Shown: in pieces, positions 6,272 through 10,471 of the stretch
Layout: each line of letters begins with the position of its first letter
Position numbering within the stretch: position 1 is the first letter of the stretch
DNA from: Candidatus Altiarchaeales archaeon IMC4
GTDB lineage: Archaea > Altiarchaeota > Altiarchaeia > IMC4
Assembly: GCA_001742785.1 (NCBI GenBank)
Contig: MCBF01000001.1
Location: 546,664 to 557,134 of the forward strand
Direction of reading: 5' to 3'
Length of the DNA: 10,471 nucleotides
The notes under the pieces: generated by a model
The model's database searches: none
The model's input: only the letters and a program-made list of their open reading frames with translations
Told to the model about the DNA's origin: nothing
Position numbers and translations under genes: made by a program

Positions 6272-7256
6272 ACCGCTTATAATCATCCTTCACCCGCACG
6301 GTATCATCAATGTGCGGCGTCGAGTACTCCTGGAGAACCGTATTCTCGACCGCGAAAATCCTGTGGCGGACGTTCGGCTCGATGCGCACGGTTTCGTTTG
6401 CCTTAAGGTGCACCTCGCGGTCCTCGAAATAGATTATGCACTCCCCGCGCGTTACGTGCATGGTCTCGTCCTTTTTCGTGTGGTAGTGGACAGATGTGCC
6501 TTCGCCCTTCATCAGGTACAGCTCTTTTGTCAGGTACTTGTCAGTGTGGACGATTATCTTTTCGTAGCCCCACGGTTTGTCGGTCTTGTTCTTGTACTCA
6601 TTGCGCACGGATTCTAGGTCTTTCGGGGAGTCAACCGACTGCCAGAAAACGCCGTCCTCCTTGTAGTAGTTCAAAAGGCCGCTTTTTGCGATTTCCGGGA
6701 ATACGAGTTTCTCGACGTCGCCCTCGGCGTGCTTTTTGAACGCCCCGAAAATCTTTTTGTCGATTATGTAGATGCCTGCGTTTATGTAATAGTTCAGCGC
6801 CGGTTTCTCCCTGAAGTCCACGATCTTCCCGTTTGCTATCTCGGTTATCCCGTACGGCGATATGAGCGGCGTTATGAACATGGTCATCCGGTTCGAGTGG
6901 GAATCGAGCATCTGCTTCAGGTTAATGTCCGAAACGATGTCGCCGTTTCGAAGGATTACGTCTTCTTTGGCCTTTTTGAAAAGCAGGTTCATGGCGTAAA
7001 GCGTACCGCCCTGTTTGTCTTCGTGGACGTACCCTATTTTTACGCCGTTCCACTCAGCACCGTAGCGCTCCTTTATCAGCTCGTGCATGTAGCCCGTGAG
7101 GAGGTAAACCTTTTTTATGCCCGCGTACTGGAACTGCGTTATCTGCTTGTCTAAAATCGTGTAGCCGTCCTTTATCTCTATCAAGGGCTTCGGGATCTGG
7201 TCGGTTATCGGCTTGAGCCGCTTTCCGTATCCGCCGCAGAGTATCGCGCCTATCAT
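6270..7256 (-). CDS. NDP-sugar pyrophosphorylase (mannose-1-phosphate guanylyltransferase-like) fused to a C-terminal cupin (mannose-6-phosphate isomerase-like) domain
   Basis: ILCGGYGKRLKPITDQIPKPL, NGDI, FREKP, INAGIY, WQSVDSPKD; then cupin motifs KPWG, SVHYHTKKDETMHV and P.VRHRI. Sugar specificity cannot be determined from the sequence alone. Confidence 0.88.
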   Translation of the reverse strand: MIGAILCGGYGKRLKPITDQIPKPLIEIKDGYTILDKQITQFQYAGIKKVYLLTGYMHELIKERYGAEWNGVKIGYVHEDKQGGTLYAMNLLFKKAKEDVILRNGDIVSDINLKQMLDSHSNRMTMFITPLISPYGITEIANGKIVDFREKPALNYYINAGIYIIDKKIFGAFKKHAEGDVEKLVFPEIAKSGLLNYYKEDGVFWQSVDSPKDLESVRNEYKNKTDKPWGYEKIIVHTDKYLTKELYLMKGEGTSVHYHTKKDETMHVTRGECIIYFEDREVHLKANETVRIEPNVRHRIFAVENTVLQEYSTPHIDDTVRVKDDYKR

Positions 7257-7257
7257 T

Positions 7258-7572
7258 TTAAATTATTTCAATCCCCTCCTTAACTGCCTCCCGCACCGTC
7301 CCTATCTGCATTCTTTTCTTTTCAAATTCTTCAGGAGTGTAGCACAGCGTTTCAAGCGGAATGCCGTAATCCCAAAAGTCATACATCCTGCTCATCCTTT
7401 CCGTGAAAAAGATGCCTTTGAAATCCTCAGAGACAATCAGCAGGTCAATGTCCGAATCCAGAAGATAATCGTCCCTTGCCCTTGAGCCGAATAAGATGCC
7501 GCGCGATATCCTAAAGTCCTTCCCGACCCTCCCCATGAAATCCTTTGCTATTTCAACCGCTTTCTTGTCCAT
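7258..7572 (-). CDS. Minimal nucleotidyltransferase (MNT), antitoxin-type partner of HEPN
   Basis: 104 aa; LFGSRARDDYLLDSDIDLLIV is the GS-x10-DxD motif; YTPEEF tail; 25-nt overlap with the HEPN gene. Confidence 0.92.
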   Translation of the reverse strand: MDKKAVEIAKDFMGRVGKDFRISRGILFGSRARDDYLLDSDIDLLIVSEDFKGIFFTERMSRMYDFWDYGIPLETLCYTPEEFEKKRMQIGTVREAVKEGIEII

Positions 7573-7925
7573 TCTAAAACCTTTTCCGCATATGTGATTT
7601 TTAGTTCCGCCTTCTCAATGTAGTACATCTCGTATGGAACGCCATTCGTAGCGTCGGGGTACCTTGCAACTATGTAATCGGGATTTAGTTCTTTTAGGGC
7701 AACCATGACCTCTTTGTCCGCGCCCAGTTCCCTGCCGAGTTCGACTATGTTATGGGTTCTTGCAGGGCGCTTTTTTTCGTTCATGAATACTGCCTTTAGA
7801 GCTTTTTCCGCCGCCTGCTGCGCCTGAAAACTTGCCCACTCGAAATCCTCGCTTTTGAGACTGTTTCTTGCAGCCTTCAAATCTTTTTCCGCCTGCTTCC
7901 ACCAGTTTTTGATTTCTTCGCGCAT
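7548..7925 (-). CDS. HEPN domain protein (COG2250-type), toxin-type partner of MNT
   Basis: 125 aa; WWKQAEKDLKAA, WASFQAQQAAEKALKA, RTHNIVEL and ARYPDA motifs. Confidence 0.92.
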   Translation of the reverse strand: MREEIKNWWKQAEKDLKAARNSLKSEDFEWASFQAQQAAEKALKAVFMNEKKRPARTHNIVELGRELGADKEVMVALKELNPDYIVARYPDATNGVPYEMYYIEKAELKITYAEKVLEWTRKRLK

Positions 7926-7939
7926 GGTTTATTATAGAT

Positions 7940-7965
7940 ATTCACTGTTTAATAATTGTTCCGGC
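7940..7965 (-). promoter_or_regulatory. Putative BRE/TATA promoter of the HEPN-MNT unit
   Basis: The minus strand reads GGAACAA-TTATTAAA (TATA-like at 7955-7948), 23-30 nt upstream of the ATG at 7925. This spacing is typical of near-leaderless archaeal transcripts. Confidence 0.5.
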
Positions 7966-7973
7966 ACGTTATC

Positions 7974-7996
7974 GTTTGCAATTTGAGTTTTGCATT
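7974..7996. repeat. Degenerate heptamer repeat (GTTTGCA ATTTGAG TTTTGCA) just after the NFACT gene stop
   Basis: Direct-repeat partner of 6250-6271 (20/22 identity). Confidence 0.6.
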
Positions 7997-7998
7997 TT

Positions 7999-8823
7999 TC
8001 ATTTAACAATCGCCCCCTTCCCGCCGGGGATCCATGGCTGTATATCGGAGATTGCTATGGTCTTCAGGCCTTCGATGTCTTCAGGCTTTGCATTTTTCAT
8101 CAGCATGGTTTTTATCTCCTTTGCTATTTCCCCTGACTTTTTGCTGCCGATGCCGATTTTGACAAAGTACCTGCACGCCTTCTCGATTGCAGGCGTCGGC
8201 CCGCCGAGCACCTCCAATTCCTGCCCGAACCTAACCCCGACCGCGATGCCGAGCCCGGTGTTCCTGAACCACTCCTTTTTGCCGTATATCATGAACGCGC
8301 CCTTTGGCAAATATTCGCCTGCAGGCGGCGTCTTCGAGACCTGTTCGGGCAGGACGCAGTAGATGTCGCACGAATAGACCTCGTTTTTCCAGGCACTCGA
8401 GTAGCTTGCCGCCGCCTGCGCCGCCTGTTCGAGTGTGGATGGGGGGGCCTCTTTGCCCTCTGTCTTCACGACAAAGAATGGCGCCCCATGAACGTCTGCG
8501 TGGAAAACGACGTCGTGCTTTTCGGTGTGCTTTTTTATGAGGATATCGTTCGTTGTGGCATCCTTGCCCCCGACAACGAGGAAGCCGTCGGAGCTTTCGA
8601 ACCAGCGGAACTTCTCAAACCACTTCTTCTTTCTCTGGACCTTCTTTACGACATCATTCTCTATAGCCTGTTGCCCCCTTTCCTTAAGTTTTTCTATCTT
8701 TTTCAGGGTGTCCTCGATCGCCTTTCTTGCGCCCTCGGCCTTCTTTTTTGCCTTCTTAGACCCTTCGTAGTAGAAATTCGCGTTTTCCGGAACGGTTTTT
8801 TTCAGGTCTAATGTGATTTTCAC
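7999..8823 (-). CDS. Short NFACT-family protein (RqcH/Rqc2/NEMF-like; coiled-coil end plus NFACT-R RNA-binding domain and C-terminal region), lacking NFACT-N/HhH
   Basis: ITLDL.KTVPENANFYYE..KKAKKK, KKWFEKFRWFESSDGFLVVGGKDATTN, FHADVHGAP, SSAWK, QVSKTPPAGEYLPKGAFMIYGKK. GTG start overlaps the upstream stop (GTGA). Confidence 0.9.
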   Translation of the reverse strand: MKITLDLKKTVPENANFYYEGSKKAKKKAEGARKAIEDTLKKIEKLKERGQQAIENDVVKKVQRKKKWFEKFRWFESSDGFLVVGGKDATTNDILIKKHTEKHDVVFHADVHGAPFFVVKTEGKEAPPSTLEQAAQAAASYSSAWKNEVYSCDIYCVLPEQVSKTPPAGEYLPKGAFMIYGKKEWFRNTGLGIAVGVRFGQELEVLGGPTPAIEKACRYFVKIGIGSKKSGEIAKEIKTMLMKNAKPEDIEGLKTIAISDIQPWIPGGKGAIVK

Positions 8824-9296
8824 GGAGATCCCTCGCGGTCTTTATCCATATTCTCAAGAATAAGCCGCTGGGCTGCTTCGGGGTCTTTCAGGTACGTCAG
8901 GTGCATTTCCACATCCGGGCGGCCTGCAACGTCCACCCAGATTGTGCCTATGTCCAGCAGATTCTGGATTGCGCTCTTTCTAAGATGAAGGTTCTGGATT
9001 TTGCAGTACGGAATGCCGTTTATGTGCTTGGAGAATATTCCCTGCCGGACTATGACCCGCTTATCCGTAAGAAAATACGAAACTGACTTATGCTCAATAA
9101 CGGCTGCAAGAATAAAGAGTGATGCAGGCACCAGCATAAGGAGGGCATAAGCGTTCCAGATTATCGCAATGGCCACGGCCCCGATCGCAAGAAACGCCGA
9201 AAGCCCGATTGCAAACGACTCCGAAAACCACGACCTTTCGTAATGCGCTATCACTCTTTCGCCGTCCATCAGGTCTTCATTGGCAAGAGGCCTCAC
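8820..9296 (-). CDS. Membrane protein with a bacterial-type PH domain (bPH_2/YdbS-like)
   Basis: Two TM helices, then YFLTDKRVIVRQGIFSK....IPY.KIQN......IQNLLDIGTI. GTG start with a GAGGTGA SD-like motif upstream. Confidence 0.82.
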   Translation of the reverse strand: MRPLANEDLMDGERVIAHYERSWFSESFAIGLSAFLAIGAVAIAIIWNAYALLMLVPASLFILAAVIEHKSVSYFLTDKRVIVRQGIFSKHINGIPYCKIQNLHLRKSAIQNLLDIGTIWVDVAGRPDVEMHLTYLKDPEAAQRLILENMDKDREGSP

Positions 9297-9910
9297 GTTG
9301 CATCACCTCTCCACAACCTCTCGAAATAATCCCCGAAGTACTGCGCCGCCTTTTGCGAGTTCACGAGAATGTCTGTTTCGTGATTATTGTCGAGCGAATT
9401 ATAATTCCAGTTCGTGGAGCCAACTATAACGGTTTTCCCATCAATCACCACGAGTTTCGCATGCGTCGTTACGTTCTTAGGGTCTAAACGCACACCCACA
9501 CCGTTTTTCACCAGATAATCAATGCCTGCCTTGTTGCCCTTTTCGAATGAGTCGCCAAGGTACGCCTCCCCGCCTTCGGCAACCACCCGGACGTTCACGC
9601 CGCGCTTTTTTGCCGCAACGAGCGACTCCAGGATTTTGTTCGCGGAGCTTTCAGGGCGGCTCTTGTAGTATCGAACCTCGAACATCACGACGTCGATGGA
9701 GCTTTCCGCTATGTTTATCTGCCCTATAACGGTTCCCGTGTAGTATGCGTCGGAAAAGGCGAAGATATCGCCGGGGTTTATGGCATCAAAAGCAGGACAC
9801 TGGTTAGAGGGGCATGACTTAGCCCCTGCCAGATGCACTATCTCCACACCCAAAATTATCCCAATGACAACGCCGAAAAGAAGCACCAGCACTTTAGAGG
9901 GAAATCTCAT
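9293..9910 (-). CDS. Phospholipase D superfamily protein with a single HKD motif (Nuc-like) and an N-terminal signal/anchor
   Basis: HAKLVVIDGKTVIVGSTNW (HxKx4Dx6GSxN), AKKRGVNVRVV, NNHE; hydrophobic N-terminus. Confidence 0.9.
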   Translation of the reverse strand: MRFPSKVLVLLFGVVIGIILGVEIVHLAGAKSCPSNQCPAFDAINPGDIFAFSDAYYTGTVIGQINIAESSIDVVMFEVRYYKSRPESSANKILESLVAAKKRGVNVRVVAEGGEAYLGDSFEKGNKAGIDYLVKNGVGVRLDPKNVTTHAKLVVIDGKTVIVGSTNWNYNSLDNNHETDILVNSQKAAQYFGDYFERLWRGDAT

Positions 9911-10471
9911 CTCCGTTTACCTTAAGTTTCAGGCCGGATTCGACCACACTGCCGATTATGGCCGCGTCGTATTCCTTGCCGTGTTTTTCTATTATCCGCC
10001 CTGCTGTTTTTTTGTCCGTTATCACGCAGAATCCGACCCCCATGTTGAAGGTCTTGTACATCTCCTCATCGGATACCCCTGCATTCTCCTTTATCTTCCT
10101 GAATATCATATGCGCCTCTGGCAGGTTGTCCAGATAGAAGCCGTGGCGCGTTATCCTCTCGAGGTTCCTGAACCCGCTTCCGGTTATGTGAGCAAGCCCG
10201 TGGATGTCGTAATTGTTTAGGATATTGAGGACCTCCTTAACGTAGATCTTTGTCGGTGTAAGAAGATTCATCCACATATTTTTCGGAAGCACCTTCCTTG
10301 CAAGCGTCATGCCGTTGCTGTGCACGCCGCTTGATGCAAGCCCGATAACGACGTCCCCGACCACTATCCTTTCGCCGGTTATTATCCTATCCTTTTTCAC
10401 CACGCCGATTGCGGCCCCTGCTATGTCAAAGCCCCTGTTGTCGATGCCTTTTATGACATCCGGAAGCGATG
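9894..10471 (-). CDS. purM: Phosphoribosylformylglycinamidine cyclo-ligase (AIR synthetase), 3' part; the 5' end lies outside the window
   Basis: The frame is open to the window edge (SLPDVIKG...FDIAGAAIGVV). Motifs GDVVIGLASSGVHSNG, LLTPTKIYV, AHITGSG, EMYKTFNMGVG. Confidence 0.95.
   Translation of the reverse strand, partial: SLPDVIKGIDNRGFDIAGAAIGVVKKDRIITGERIVVGDVVIGLASSGVHSNGMTLARKVLPKNMWMNLLTPTKIYVKEVLNILNNYDIHGLAHITGSGFRNLERITRHGFYLDNLPEAHMIFRKIKENAGVSDEEMYKTFNMGVGFCVITDKKTAGRIIEKHGKEYDAAIIGSVVESGLKLKVNGDEISL

Noticed and set aside
7258..9910. Multi-gene anti-phage system built from PLD + HEPN + nucleotidyltransferase
   Set aside because: The PLD has an export/anchor signal, the NTase is a 104-aa MNT rather than a CD-NTase, and the intervening genes are housekeeping-like. 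Nothing supports a single defence system.
6258..10220. Plus-strand ORFs antisense to the minus-strand operon
   Set aside because: They are shadow ORFs of genes with clear family motifs.

Overview
Archaeal chromosomal window. Archaeal markers are tiaS, rpl21e, a short NFACT/RqcH-like gene and TATA-like AT tracts; a DPANN/Altiarchaeota-like lineage is plausible but not proven. Gene order: tiaS (-, true start 1504), divergent from rpl21e (+). A + strand surface-glycan-type block follows: processive GT2, a membrane-anchored CxxC thioredoxin-like protein with a low-GC C-terminal extension, a likely GT-C C-terminal fragment, and a membrane-anchored hypothetical. It converges on a - strand run: purM (partial), PLD/HKD protein, bPH-domain membrane protein, truncated NFACT protein, HEPN-MNT pair, and NDP-sugar pyrophosphorylase-cupin. 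The most unusual signal is non-coding: short palindromic hairpins with variable stems but shared architecture. They occur as (i) a seven-hairpin array behind rpl21e (1907-2108), (ii) a five-hairpin cluster behind tiaS (183-281), at the breakpoint of a 250-bp-period duplication of the tiaS 3' end, and (iii) a solo degenerate copy (4747-4776) at the start of an apparently truncated gene. No mobilising enzyme is encoded in the window. Two near-identical heptamer-periodic 22-mers follow stop codons at 6250-6271 and 7975-7996.
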